A stretch of DNA of 64,000 nucleotides, taken from contig NC_092353.1 of the NCBI RefSeq assembly GCF_963676685.1, forward strand, positions 620,001 to 684,000, in the 5' to 3' direction. The notes beneath the pieces are model-generated. The model was not told where the DNA came from. It did not search any database and was given only the letters and a program-made list of their open reading frames with translations. This DNA comes from Mytilus edulis (Eukaryota). How positions within the stretch are numbered: position 1 is the first letter of the stretch; each line of letters starts with the position of its first letter. The translations under genes and the position numbers were made by a program. Positions 15,401 to 27,900 of this stretch are shown piece after piece.

Positions 15401-18400
15401 CAAGTATGGACACAACATTTAAGCTTGATACAGCTCTGAATTTGGATTGTGATTAAATAGTTGACACAACATAGGTTTCTGACACAGAATGAATGTGGTC
15501 TAAGAACTTAAACATGTTAAACTTAAAAACTTAAAAAGTTTAAATTGGACATATACCTATTATGGTCCAATATCCAAAATCTAAATACATGGTTAGATTC
15601 AGCATATTATAGAACCCCCAGAATTCAATTTTTGATGAAATCAAATAATGTTGAATTTGAGACCCTTTAGACCTCAATGTGGACTAATTTGATAACTGGG
15701 CCCAAATATTAAAAATCTAAATACATGGTTAAATTCAGCATATTGAAAAACCCCATATATTCAATTTTTGTTGAAATCAAACAAATTTTAATTTTGGACC
15801 CCGATTTGGACCAACTTGAAAACTGAGCCCATAATCAAATATCTAAGTACATGTTTAGATTCAGCATATCAAACAACCCTTAGAATTCAATTTTTTGTTA
15901 AATCAAACTAAGTTTAATTTTGAACCCTTTGGACCTTAATGTAGACCAAGTTGAAAACAGGACAAAAAATTAAGAATCTAAATACACGGTTAGATTTGGC
16001 ATATCAAAAAACCCCAATAGTTCATTTTTTGATAAAATCAAACAAAGTTTAATTTTAGAGCCTTTTGGCCCATAATTCCTAAACTGTTGGGACCAAAACT
16101 CCCAAAATCAATCCCAAACTTTCTTTTGTGGTCATAAACCTTGTGTTAAAATTTCATAGATTTCTATTTACTTATACTAAAGTTGTAGTGCAAAAACCAA
16201 GAAAAATGCTTATTTGGGACGTTTTTTTGGCCCCTAATTCATGTACTGTTGGGACCATAGATTTCTATTTACTTTTACTAAAGTTATATTGTGAAAACCA
16301 AATGTCTTCGGACGACGACGACGTCATACCAATATACGACCAAAAAATTTTCAATTTTTGTGGTCGTATAAAAATCAGTTTGCATTAAACTGCAAAGAAG
16401 CTCAAATTCTGTAGAATTTTAATTAAGTAAATTGACTCAACAAGTGGTCTTTCTTGAAATGTAAAATAGTAGAAAATGTGAACCTAGATCCCTAATGAAA
16501 AGAGAAGAGCGGAAAGTGATCAATCTGTAAAACTTTTCATTTAAAAGTGAAATTTTTATTTTTGTTTATGCAGCAAGAAAACGAATCCAATCTTTTATTC
16601 TTATTTTTTGAAACACATTATAAGGGCTAGTTATTCTTAAAAGATTCTACCATTTATTTATCTTTTTAACACCTTAAATTTGCTTTTCTATAATCATGAT
16701 AACAATCCATACAAAATATGGTAATTTTGCTCAAGCTCTAGCTTAAAAAAAGAAGCTCTGTGACTTTTTATTATACTCATTACCATGATTACCAAACTTC
16801 TTATTAAATTCAACCTCTTCTTACTTTTTTGTGCTTAGGTTATAATAAGAGAAAAAGAATTATAAAAAAGATTATTTCACCAATTTTCTAAAGAACTTCC
16901 GAGTTCAGATTTACATTGACTATAAAAGTGACAAAAGATGGAAGTGAATAGATTTCTTAATAACAAAAAACTGTTAAAAGTTATTTCTTCATAATTCTAT
17001 TCAGTATACATAGACTGTTTTTGCTGAATTTATTTACACAAAAACACAGAGTTTACAATGTACATCTGATAAATTCCTGACCTTGTAGTATGTAAATATT
17101 GATTTGTTGATTTTTATATAACAACAAACACTCAATGATTCAATGGTAAAATACTGTTACACTTAAAATACATAAATAAGGGATTGATAGAATGTATCAT
17201 ACATGTAATGTATAGATAATGAGGATTTAAAATTAAAGCACTTTAAAGTTTAAAAATTTGAAAGTAATAACAAAATCTTTCATGCAAAACACATGCAAAA
17301 TAAAAGCATAGAAACCAGATCCTTGTGATCAAACTAAAACCCCATAGATTCTCAGGATCTATGTTTAATTCCAAAGATCCTTAAAAGATCTAACTAAAAT
17401 CCCAAAATCTTGCACAACATGAGGTTTACCTTCTAATTCTGCTTCTAGATCTAACTCAGCTGATAAATAACAAATGTATTGATAAAGAAACATACTGGGC
17501 AATATATTGCAGAATAAAAGTTTACTAATCGTTTTATTTATTCATAAATCAAGTTTAATATAAATATGATGTGTTTTGAATAGAAATTTCCTATCAAATG
17601 TATTTTTAAGTACTCTTTATATCTTGAGTTAACGTTTTGTTTTCATATAAAATATTATAATATTGAGATTGTGCAATTGCTAAGTAGACATTGTGTACCA
17701 TGTGTACTGCCTCTCCATACCTGGAGCTTACCAGTCTGTCAGAACTCACTTAATATTTGTCTCCAATGAGTTACCGGTAATGTTTTGCTTCATGTATGAG
17801 GAAAAAATTAACTGCTTGAACCTTTTTATCACACATTAAAAAGAGCTTCTCTGGAAGACATTGTACAGAACAATCGGTCAGAAATCCATTCATAAGTTAG
17901 TAAAGAGCTGTTAATAGTATCTTAGTTCAACGTTACATAAAAACAGTAGATTAAAATGCAATTTTAACAACATAGGATAAAATAATGTAAAGAAGTGGAC
18001 AATACCTTCTTTAGATGCTAGCTGTAAGCCACTTTCATCAAACTCAAACTCTGGATCTTCAGTACTGGCAAATAATTCATTATCTCTGTTGGCTTCATGG
18101 AATTCTGTAATAAACAAAAAGCTGTTTGGTAGATTAAATAATATTGAGATATATGTTTTTAAGTCTTTACTTTTGTAAGTAATGTGTTGTATACTGTTGT
18201 TTAGTCTCTTGATCTTTTTTTAATTAAAAAAATTATTGAAACCTACTTCTGCTTTGTCTGTTATATGGTGGGGTTGTTGTCTCTTTGACACATTCCCCAT
18301 TTCCATTCTCAATTTTATTTAAAGTCATGAAAGTGTGTGGTTTTTTGTTTGTTTGTTTGTTTGTTAAGACATACAACATGCATTTTCATGTTTTCATTCT

Positions 18401-21400
18401 TCTTTTAAAAAAATTGAGCTACATAAACTTGATTTTATCATGTCTATGTGAACACTTAATATAATAAGATGATTGAAGGATATGCTCTAAAATTTACATG
18501 TATATTAAGGAAAAGTAGTCAAATGTTACAAAATGTTCTGATTTAAATGATTTTATATTTAAAATGAATCCATGACAACTGTTGTGAATTGACCTTTTTT
18601 GACCCTATTAAATTCCTAAACAGTTGGGACCATAACCCCCAAAATCAATCCCACACTTCCTTTATTGGTTATAAACCTTCTGTTAAAACTTCATGATTTC
18701 TTTTCACCTATACTAAAGTTATTATTCTGCAACCATCTGTATTTGGATGAAGCAGACAACGACAACAATGTGATACCAATACATGTACGACAATTTTTTT
18801 TTAAATTTTTGCGGCCGTATAAAGGGTAAGATACCATTGAAATAGGTTGAATAACTTGCCCCACTTATGAAAAAGGGTAAAATCCTGTTGAAATAAGCTT
18901 AAGGTCTGCTCCACTCATGACAACTAGATAAACTACGATGACTTTAGTATTCATGGCAACTCGCCTCACTTAAGAAAAACAATGCAATCCCGTGGTATAT
19001 CTATGTCTCTGCCCCACTTATAAATAAATTCAACACATATGAAAACCTAAGATAAACATTTTTTTGTAGATATTTTAAACATATTCATTTATAGTGGATT
19101 GGGAAACAAGTTATTACAAAAGTTGAACTTATGTTAATCCCTTTCCACTATATATGAGTGCCTTTTTTGTAGTTCTTTTCATTTTGATGAAAAAGAAGTG
19201 AAAATCAGTATTTCTGTGATGTGACTTCCAACTAGCCCCACTTGTGTTTTTTAAGTTAAAATAAAGCAGAAAGAAGTAAGCATCAACATTTCTTTGACGT
19301 TTTTTCCCCTATTAAATATATATTCAATGTTTTGTAAGATAAGTTAAGAATCATGTGTGTTTATTGGCATGATAACACAAAATGGAGTACTAGTACTAGA
19401 TGAAATGTCCGCACTAGAAACATGAACATGATAACACATATATTGTATACAATAGATTGTCATTAGATAGTTCTGTAGCTGTCTGCTGTCGAGAACTTTT
19501 AGGTTTTTTTGGTATTCTGTGTAGATTAGTTTTCATTTAAGTGGGGCGAGTTAGCAGACCTGAAAATTTGTATTCATCTAGATTTTACGTAATTTGCATT
19601 ATGTGGGGCGTGTTGGCAAAAGAAAAATTTATGAGATTTAACGCTTTCAGGTTGATCCGGCCCCACGTCGATCCAGCCCATATGTAAAGTCGATCCAGCC
19701 CCAATAAAAAATATATTTATAAGGAATAAAAATAAAGATATATATATTAATTGTAATTCATAAATGTTTATGATTTTTATCATAATGTAAAAGGTGTACT
19801 TTTAAAAAAATAAAAAAAGCCTTTGAAAAATATTTTCTTTAGATGAGTATAAAACAACTATGTTTTTCTTTTAATTTCTTTAAATTTCTAAAATGTTGTT
19901 TGATTTGCCGAATCCTGTGCATTTAATGTCATGTTATTTTCTTGCAATAAAGCATAATGGATACTCATATAACTTGTTTTTATTTATCAACAAAATATTG
20001 TCAACTTTAAGAAAAATATTTTGACTATATCACGGCTGGTAATCTACACACGCAGAACATTTGGTTCTGCAATGAAAACCGTGAGAGGATTTTCTGGTTG
20101 TGCTTGAGGGGAGTAATTGTCACCGCTTCAAAAGGTATGTACATTTCTAAATCACAATTTTCTTATTCAACTGATCAAAATATTGAAAATCGGAGAATGC
20201 TATGCTGTGGTGAATACATTAACGAAGAGATACATGTATCATTTACTGATGAATATGGACTTGAACTCCTACAAAATCAGTTGTCCCACGAGAAATTGCC
20301 TAAAAAAGTGACATTTGAATTTTTAAATGGTTCTATTAACAGACCTACAAGTTCAAATTCACTTGTTTTTCGGTCAATGGGTATGAATGGCGTTTTTGGC
20401 GGCGTGTACGCTGTCCGGTGTTGATAGACTTCTTCATAAATCTAAAATCCTCATATTTTCATCATTTCATGCGTGAGGGGATCGGTTCTGATTGAGGACA
20501 TCCTGAATGCGTGAGGGGACGTGAAATCATATCTGTATATCCAAGCTATGAGTCGTTGAAAGTTGGCTAAATTTTGTTAAATTGTTCATGAAAAAAACAC
20601 ATGTGTGTGCATGAAATTGTGTGATAGAATTTTGAAATATCAATAAATCACCAAGCTTTTGTTACATGAACAAACAATCTAACCAATAAGTTCCAAATAT
20701 GTCTCAAAATTTGCGGATTTAAGCAAATAATCAGTCTAGTTTGGAGACTTATTTGCAACTGAATTTATTGGTTAGACTGTTTATTTTATACAGACAACTT
20801 GGTGATTTTGTGTATAAATCAAATTGTTTCATATCAATTCAATTTTAGTTGGTTTTTCTTTATGAATAAATAAGCATATTCACTTGCGGAAATGGTATAT
20901 TCACCGCGCAAATGTCACGTACTTTTACGTGCATAATTCTTATAAACTTGTTTTATGTAAAATTTGTTTTGATAAATAATTACATACATTTTTGTCGGAA
21001 TATGGAATAAAAGAATTACTGTCTTTTGTAAATATGTGGTTTAATTGATTTTTGAAAAAAACTGATATTCACTTCGGCCGTTGGCTTCAGTGAAAATCAG
21101 TTTTTCATAAGTCAATAAAACTATTTACCTCATCCAAAGACAGTAATTGTACAATATTTAAACAAATATCAAAACTTGAGTTTTAACAATCAATTTTTTT
21201 GTCAAATAAGCAATTTAAGGGGAGATAACTTTTTTCGTAAAAAATAAAAACTGAGATGGTTTTAACTTAAAAATTTATTTGTAGCAAGAAACAAAAACGT
21301 TGACACAATTTTTATTTTACTGATTCTTCGTAAAACATAGCATAAAACCTATCTTCCCTCAATTTATTTCAAAATTCTATTTCATAATTTTGTTTATGCA

Positions 21401-23136
21401 CAAACATGTGTTTTTACATCATCAATTAAACCAAATTTAGCCAACTTTCAAAGACTCATAGCTTGGATATACAGATATGATTTCACGTCCCCTCACGCAT
21501 TCACGATGTCCTCAATCAGAACCGATTCCCTCACGCATGAAATGATGAAAATATAAGGTTTTTAGATTTATGAAGACGTCTATCAACACCGAAAAGCGTA
21601 CACGCCGCCAAAAACGACATCCATATCCATAGACCGAAAAACAAGTGAATTTGAACTTGTAGATCTGTTAATAGAACCATTTCAAAATTCAAATGTCACT
21701 TTTTTAGGCAATTTCTCGTGGGACAACTGATTTTGTAGGAGTTCAACTCCATGTACACCAGTAAATTATACATGTATCTCTTCAATTAATGTATTCACCA
21801 CAGCATAGCATTCTCCGATTTTCAATATTTTGATCAGTTGAATAAGAAAATTGTGATTTAGAAATGTACATACCTTTTGAAGCGGTGACAATTACTCCAC
21901 TCAAGCACAACCGGAAAATCCTCTCACGGTTTTCATTGCAGAACCAAATGTTCTGCATGTGTAGATTACCAGCCGTGTATATTCGATATTACAAAAAAAC
22001 AAGTGTTATAGAAGCCTATGATGTACCTGAAAAAAAAATGTACAATTAATACTTATTATTTATACCAAACAAAAAGATCAAACTTTAAAGACCTTGTTGA
22101 TTACGTACCTTTAATCATAGATGTAATGGGTATTACATCTATGCTTTAATTAATCAGGCTTTGATTGAATTAAGTGATTACCAGTGGCATCACCTTAGTT
22201 CACAATCATCAGACAATTGTTGAATTAACAAACCAATTATAGACTAATGATTTGCTTAAACAAGATATTATGATGAGTTAAATTTGAACGGTTCCATTGG
22301 ACTGTAAATATTTATTTAGCTACTCTGTGTGAGAAGTAAATAAAAAAAAATCGCCATGACATTCAAAGTCAACATGGAAAGTATCTTCACATTTTAAAAC
22401 ATTTAAATTCTTATACTGCTATACACAGACACAATAACACTCAGTTTCGTATTGATTTAAAATTGTTCTTTAACTGGTACTCCAATACTTCACTTATCTG
22501 TTGTCGTCCATCATCGACACTTTTTGCAAATTCCGTTTATACTGTTCAAATTTGTGACAAATTCCTCCATATAGTGAATATATAGTTTATTCATATTTCA
22601 TTATTGGGCTGGATCGACTTGGGCCCCGGATCGACGTGGGCCGGATCGACTTGGGTCGGATCGACTTTGGGCCGGATTGACTTGGGGCCGGATCGGTTTG
22701 GGGCCGGAACAACCGGATACCGATTTAAATCTATTCACAAGTTAGCTGTCAGTTAACTGCGAGTACATGTACTCTCACTTACATTGTCATTTCAGGGCCT
22801 GTTATAGCTGACGGCAGTATGGGCTTTCCTCATTGTTGAAGGCCGTAAGGTGACCAATAGTCGTTAATTTCTGTGTCATTTTGGTCTCTTGTAGAGAGTT
22901 GCATCATTGGCAATGATACCACATCTTCTTTTTTATATGATATTCTGAATTTTTGTTGGGTTTTTCACTTTCTTTTATTTTTTTTTATCATATTAGAAAT
23001 AACAAAACTCTTCTATGACATGCAACATTCAGTTTGAATATTAAAATCTTTTACCTGCTAACAGCTCTGAAGAGAGTTCCTCTCCACTTGGAGTATCTGT
23101 TTTATTTTGAAGGCCTTGCTCATTTGTTGAACTCAT
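401..23136 (-). CDS. ARHGAP1: ARHGAP1/ARHGAP8-like Rho GTPase-activating protein (BCH/CRAL-TRIO domain + start of RhoGAP domain); multi-exon, 3'-partial (runs off left edge)
   Basis: Manually assembled GT-AG exons with consistent phases: 23055-23136 ([11 protein letters not shown]..), 18006-18104, [12758-12802 optional], 10268-10371, 7635-7701, 7251-7338, 6280-6411, 5374-5460, 817-915, 401-511. Translation ..[94 protein letters not shown] matches the BCH domain of p50RhoGAP/Cdc42GAP as I recall it, followed by the FGV motif that opens RhoGAP domains. Confidence 0.9.
3050..3430. repeat. 60-bp tandem repeat (~6 copies); sister array at 3970-4290
   Basis: gggcaattcttatttattgtcaagtaggcatttctgtagccatagtaacc units. 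Confidence 0.85.
5445..5656. repeat. 53-bp x4 tandem repeat spanning an ARHGAP1 splice acceptor
   Basis: tagattcttcttgtacctataaaagaaagaataaggccatacaaaaacaatcc; the first 16 nt of the unit are exonic. Confidence 0.9.
7723..9580. mobile_element. Helentron/HINE-like non-autonomous element with internal tandem repeats, interrupted by a ~8025-8791 insertion
   Basis: Subterminal tttatacga(a/c)cgca inverted to terminal tgcggtcgtataaa, with internal repeats cctaaactgttgggaccaaaactcccaaaatcaa. Same family as 15337-16372 and ~18590-18822. Confidence 0.65.
11502..11972. repeat. 45/50-bp minisatellite (~10 copies)
   Basis: gatcaaccactgacaatagacagatcattttgctttgagagttta(gactt). Confidence 0.9.
12758..12802 (-). 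CDS. Candidate 45-nt symmetric (phase 1-1) microexon of the ARHGAP1-like gene, (G)[14 protein letters not shown]
   Basis: Minus strand ctcattatttaag|GAATAACAGAAGATTATAATGTACCAATGACATCATGGGAGGAAG|gtaaga. Frame is open, phases match the flanking exons, and the donor is strong. Confidence 0.6.
12776..15302. repeat. 58/62-bp tandem array (~43 copies) anchored on the microexon acceptor
   Basis: cataccggtacattataatcttctgttattcctaaagtaataaccatcaatcacttaa. Confidence 0.95.
15337..16372. mobile_element. Helentron/HINE-like element, same family as 7723-9580
   Basis: Shared start aaccagatgctccgcaggg and shared end atacgacc...ggtcgtataaaa. Confidence 0.65.
19642..22722. mobile_element. Non-autonomous DNA transposon with subterminal gggccggatcgactt repeats and a 6-bp TSD
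   Basis: Left end cgctttcaggttgatccggccc and right end gggccggaacaaccggataccg are imperfect inverted repeats. atttaa is duplicated at 19636-19641 and 22723-22728. Confidence 0.65.
20031..21977. mobile_element. Foldback-type element with ~550-bp terminal inverted repeats and CAC..GTG termini
   Basis: 20031-~20580 is the near-identical reverse complement of ~21432-21977; flanked by tatat on both sides. Confidence 0.85.
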
Positions 23137-23139
23137 GAT

Positions 23140-23336
23140 TTTCCCTTGGATAACACACTCTCTTTCAATTGACCGACATTTTCCTATCGGCAGACTTAAA
23201 TTTACAAAACCATTTATCTATGTTTTCTTTAAGGATGTACGTTTATCGTTTATGACAGTCTTATGTTCTTTAATACAGGGGAATAAAAGTATGAATGTCA
23301 AATTTTGGTGATGACAGAAAACAACATCCGGTAAGC
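23140..23336. promoter_or_regulatory. Putative compact bidirectional promoter / 5' UTRs of ARHGAP1-like (-) and TTK (+)
   Basis: ARHGAP1 ATG at 23136 (-). A + strand donor CCG|gtaagc at 23330/23331 could join the TTK acceptor ttttacag at 24915, which lies 10 nt upstream of the TTK ATG and needs an upstream non-coding exon. Confidence 0.5.
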
Positions 23337-24925
23337 TTCGTTTCCTGTTTTTGTTGTCTCCCTTTCTGGGTTGGTTTGTCCAATCAATGAGCTTTTTACA
23401 AAATTCTTTGTCAAATCAAAACAACTAAGAAGCACTTTAAAAAATGTCAGGGAATTATGAATGGATATGAAAACCTTGAGTATATAAAACAAAAGGAATA
23501 AGTTTAATTGTAAAAGAAGGTTACTGAATTTTTAGTATGGTTTATAAGTATATATATCTAGTACTACTACAAGTCAAATCGGCACCTGGTAAAATTATTC
23601 GACACCTATAATTTTGGCCACAGTCACTTGTTTCTATCCATGGGAAGGTAGACTATCCATATATAGAAGCTTATATATATATATATATATATATATAAGA
23701 AAATTATTAAAAGATAATAACGGTTTCAATGCATCACTTTACCGTTATTATCTTTTAATAATTTTCTTATATGTTACCAGCATACGGACTTTACTTAACT
23801 TTTTCTTATATATATATATACATGATATATATGCATAGTCGATCTTCCCATTGATAGAAACAAGTGCCTGTGTTCATCTATTGACATAAGACATAAAGCT
23901 TTATTTAGAGTCGGTATAAGCAAGCAATTACAAACATAAGCTCTGAAGAGCTTGGCAAAGTCAATACGGCTACTGGTCAATTCACAGGCACTTGTCTCAG
24001 AAAAAAATTTCCTACATACCTTAATATAACACAAGGTACTTAACTTGCATTTTAGAAAAATGTAAGGTGGTGACGAATTTCCGTTATATGCCGCTTTAGA
24101 GGCTGTCAACCCCACTAAAACTTATTATATCATAAATCTAAATTGATTTATCTTTACAATGGTGTAATCACTGTATAACATGCCTACATTTGTTGTCGGA
24201 TGATTCCGTAGCAATCCTACCCAAGTATGGCAGTCGTAATTATATCGTCAACGTACACACAAAATTTTGGCAATACTCGTCTCGCAGTAAATGAGTAATT
24301 ATAAAAAATTGTTTTAAAAAAAAACTGTTAGTTTTCGTATGAATAGAACTTATCATACAGTTAGCAGGTTAGTAAAATTGTATAATATACCGTGAAAAAA
24401 ATCTAACAAGTATTGTTTCTGGTATGTACAACTATTAAGTTGCACTCACCTACATCAGTTTTTATTTTTTATAAGTATGATACAACTCTATGTACTTTAA
24501 TGCAATGTGAAATTTCATTAGGACATTCCATGTTTATGGGTCAGCAGAAGACATGGCTTATTTCATGACCGTAGATTGAGGTATATAAATCAAAACTGAC
24601 CAAGGACACCACAAAACTTCAATCAGATTTGGAACTGAATATGTAAGATTTAATATTTTCTGCCATGAACTTATGACAGAAACTTTTTCACAGTACGTTG
24701 TGGCCACAGACATATTAATGTTATGACATATTGTCTGGATGATATTTACCTATGCTGTATTGTCTGGACAATATTTACCTTTGAAATATATAAGTTCTTA
24801 CTTGGGTCAATCACTTACAGAATATGGCAGAGTTTACCAAGCCATTTCCAACAGATTTACAGTTTACTCACAAACATGTACTTCATTGTACTTAATTCCT
24901 TTTTTTATTTTACAGATCTGGAACC

Positions 24926-27900
24926 ATGACATCCATGAGCTCTTTGAAGAGTAAGCTACACAAACTGAAGAAGGAGGATACCAGTGAGGTGACAGGTTAG
25001 TATTGGTTAGCTAATCTGGCTTTGTTTTAACATGATATTATCTGTCGCTTTATCAGCATGTCATGACAGATTTATAGCTTTACCTAGCCATTTCATAAAT
25101 AAGAAAAGATATGAATGTCCACTCTTAATGGCTTTAGATGTAGAACTGTCCTTTTAGTTAAAAAATGGCAAAGCATTGAAAATCTTTAAAAATTATGATG
25201 TTCCTAAATACTACTTCATTTTTTCATTTCTAAACATGCTAAATAAAAACAATAAATAAAAACACTTTATTGGAAAAGAGTGAAAACATTTACAACTATA
25301 GCTCTTACCATTCCTTTTCTTTACTTAACTTCCAAGAATTTTTCAGATTATAAAACATGGATGAGAAAGATAACTGACTGTGGGAACCGTGCTGAAGATT
25401 GGTTAGAATATACAACTTACATGAGACACAATCTGAACTTTAATGATAGGTTCCAGGCTCATAACTTTCTCTCTGATCTGTATGAGAAAGCTTTCAGGGT
25501 AAGAGTCCCATACAAACTTTAATGATAGGTTCCAGGCTCACAACTTTCTCTCTGATCTGTATGAGAAAATTTCAGGGTAAGTGCTCCATAAAAACTTAGA
25601 AACACACTATACTTGTAGCTATGTATATTTGAGATCATACTATTTTTATTTAATGTCTAATATGTTACACGATCTTTATTTAGATCTGAGAGCACACTAT
25701 CTTTAAATTCAGAGATCACACTATATCACTCAGATGTCACACCATATTTATTTATATCTTAGAGATCACACAATCTTTAAATCTCAGAGATCACGCTATA
25801 TCTCTCAGAAGTCACACAATATTTATTTAGATCTGAGAGCACACAATCTTTAAATCTCAGAGATCATACTACGGTATATCACTCAGATGTCAGACCATAC
25901 TTATTTATATCTCAGAGATCACACTATCTTTATTGATATATATTTCAGAGATCACACTACATTTATGTCTTAAAAATCACACCATCATTATTAATATCTC
26001 TCTGTCTTTATTTACAGGCTATTGATGGAAAGGCAAATAAAGACAATGAAGCATTTGCTCATCTATTTATAGACTTTGCTGAGGTCAAAAGGTAATATAA
26101 CAGATAGATTATTGTAATAATTTTGTAAGATTGTGGAGATAGCACAACGATGCCATACAGTACTTTCGTGAGATTGGTTAATGAATATTTGTTACAAACA
26201 TGAGCACCAATATTTACTTCCCAAAATTGCAAATGCAGCTCTGAACCAATTTGTTTTGTCCTTAATATCATGATCAACGTTAATTCCTCCATTTCTTGTA
26301 GGGATCTTTGGCATATCAAAACTATAGTCACAACATGTACTTATAGTACAAAATTAACTTAAAGCTTTTATTTTTTATTCTCTGATATTTTGTTTGTGAG
26401 GTGTTGTCTTTTCCTTTATCCTTGACTCTAATTTTCCTTAGAATTCAAATTTATGTGGGAAATGGTATTCCTCAATGATGAAATTATGGAAAATAACAAT
26501 GGCTGTTTTGTTTGACAGTTTTTAAAACAGCAATTTCTTACTGTGGTATAACTAAATAAAGTGAATGTTAACTGCCATAGTATTTTGTTTAGTCAAGAAA
26601 ATTTATTTCCAGAAACAAAAGCATAGTTTGATAATTGATTTATTCATAATTTACAGTGAACAGTTGCTATTGGAAGATGCCATTCAGCTGCTAACAGAAG
26701 CAAGAAACATAGTCAAAAGATATGCCATAGTTCATATTGCTTCAGCAGAGCTAGAGGTCAAAGAAGGTAAACATTTGTATTTTTTGTTTAAAGAATATTA
26801 TAAAATATGCATTTAAACTTGACTGGCTCATAGGGGTGTGAGAGCCTTTGCAATCATTGTGTGTCCATTGTCCAATTAGGGAGAAAAATATACAAGTTTT
26901 GGAGTTATTTCCCCTGAAATATACATATTTCACAATTTTCCCTGTTATTTTGAAAACTACAGTAGCTAGGTTAAAAGTTAACACTGCATAAATGATGAGC
27001 ATGATAAGATCTATCTCCTGGAATATTTTTGTCAATCTGTTTTGGATTATTTGTTCTTTAAAAGTAGATTTGTTTTACTGTTTTATGCAATTTTGACTGT
27101 TACCTAAATAACAAAAATGTGCTAGCTTAAACATGTAAACTGCAAAAATGTTAAGCATCATAAAGAGTTACTGTATTATGTGCATATTAAAGTCATAATT
27201 AGTAAACAAAAACATCACTTGTTCTGTATATAAAATTGAAGGTATATATTCCAAGTCATTTTATTTGTGTAAATTTGTGTTTTCTTTGTTTTGTAGGAAA
27301 TATTAGTAAAGCCAGAAATATTCTGAACAAAGCTAGATTGTTTAAATTTGAGCCTACAGAACTATTAGTGGAAGCTTTAAAGAAACTTGATGCTGGAGAA
27401 ACCATTTTACTGTCACCAAGGCATAGAAGATACAGTATGTATATTCACATACTTGCTAAGTAGAAGCACAAGTTGCATTGTCTAATGTTTTTTTACATTA
27501 TTGAATTTTAAGAAGGTGTGGCTTAGGATTCAAATTATTGACAACTGGCTTATGGACACTCCTTACAGAAAAATGATTCCACTGAATTTGTATTAAAAAA
27601 CTAGTTCTATACTGACAAGATTACCATTAATAATATTTCTAAGAAGTTTTTATGGACTGTTAATTATATGGTTTCACACTTACAAGTTGTTTCTTTTATA
27701 GTTACTAAATAAATCATCATGCAGGTCTATGCAAAAATTAGATAATTTATCAGAGTAAAATTTGTTAAGATTTGAATTTAAGTTTAGGGTATATTTTTAA
27801 AGGAAAATCTTTCAGTAAATTCTATAATGCAGGTTCAGCTAAATACTGAAACTGGTTATGGTAAGATGTATATATGATGAAGTCCATGTTACCATTCAGC

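Noticed and set aside
17700-17790. Several minus-strand donor-like motifs in an ARHGAP1 intron
   Set aside because: I could not pair them with an acceptor in an open, phase-compatible exon.
20098-20424. 108-aa ORF in the foldback arm
   Set aside because: Non-ATG start, no recognisable transposase motif, lies within a TIR.
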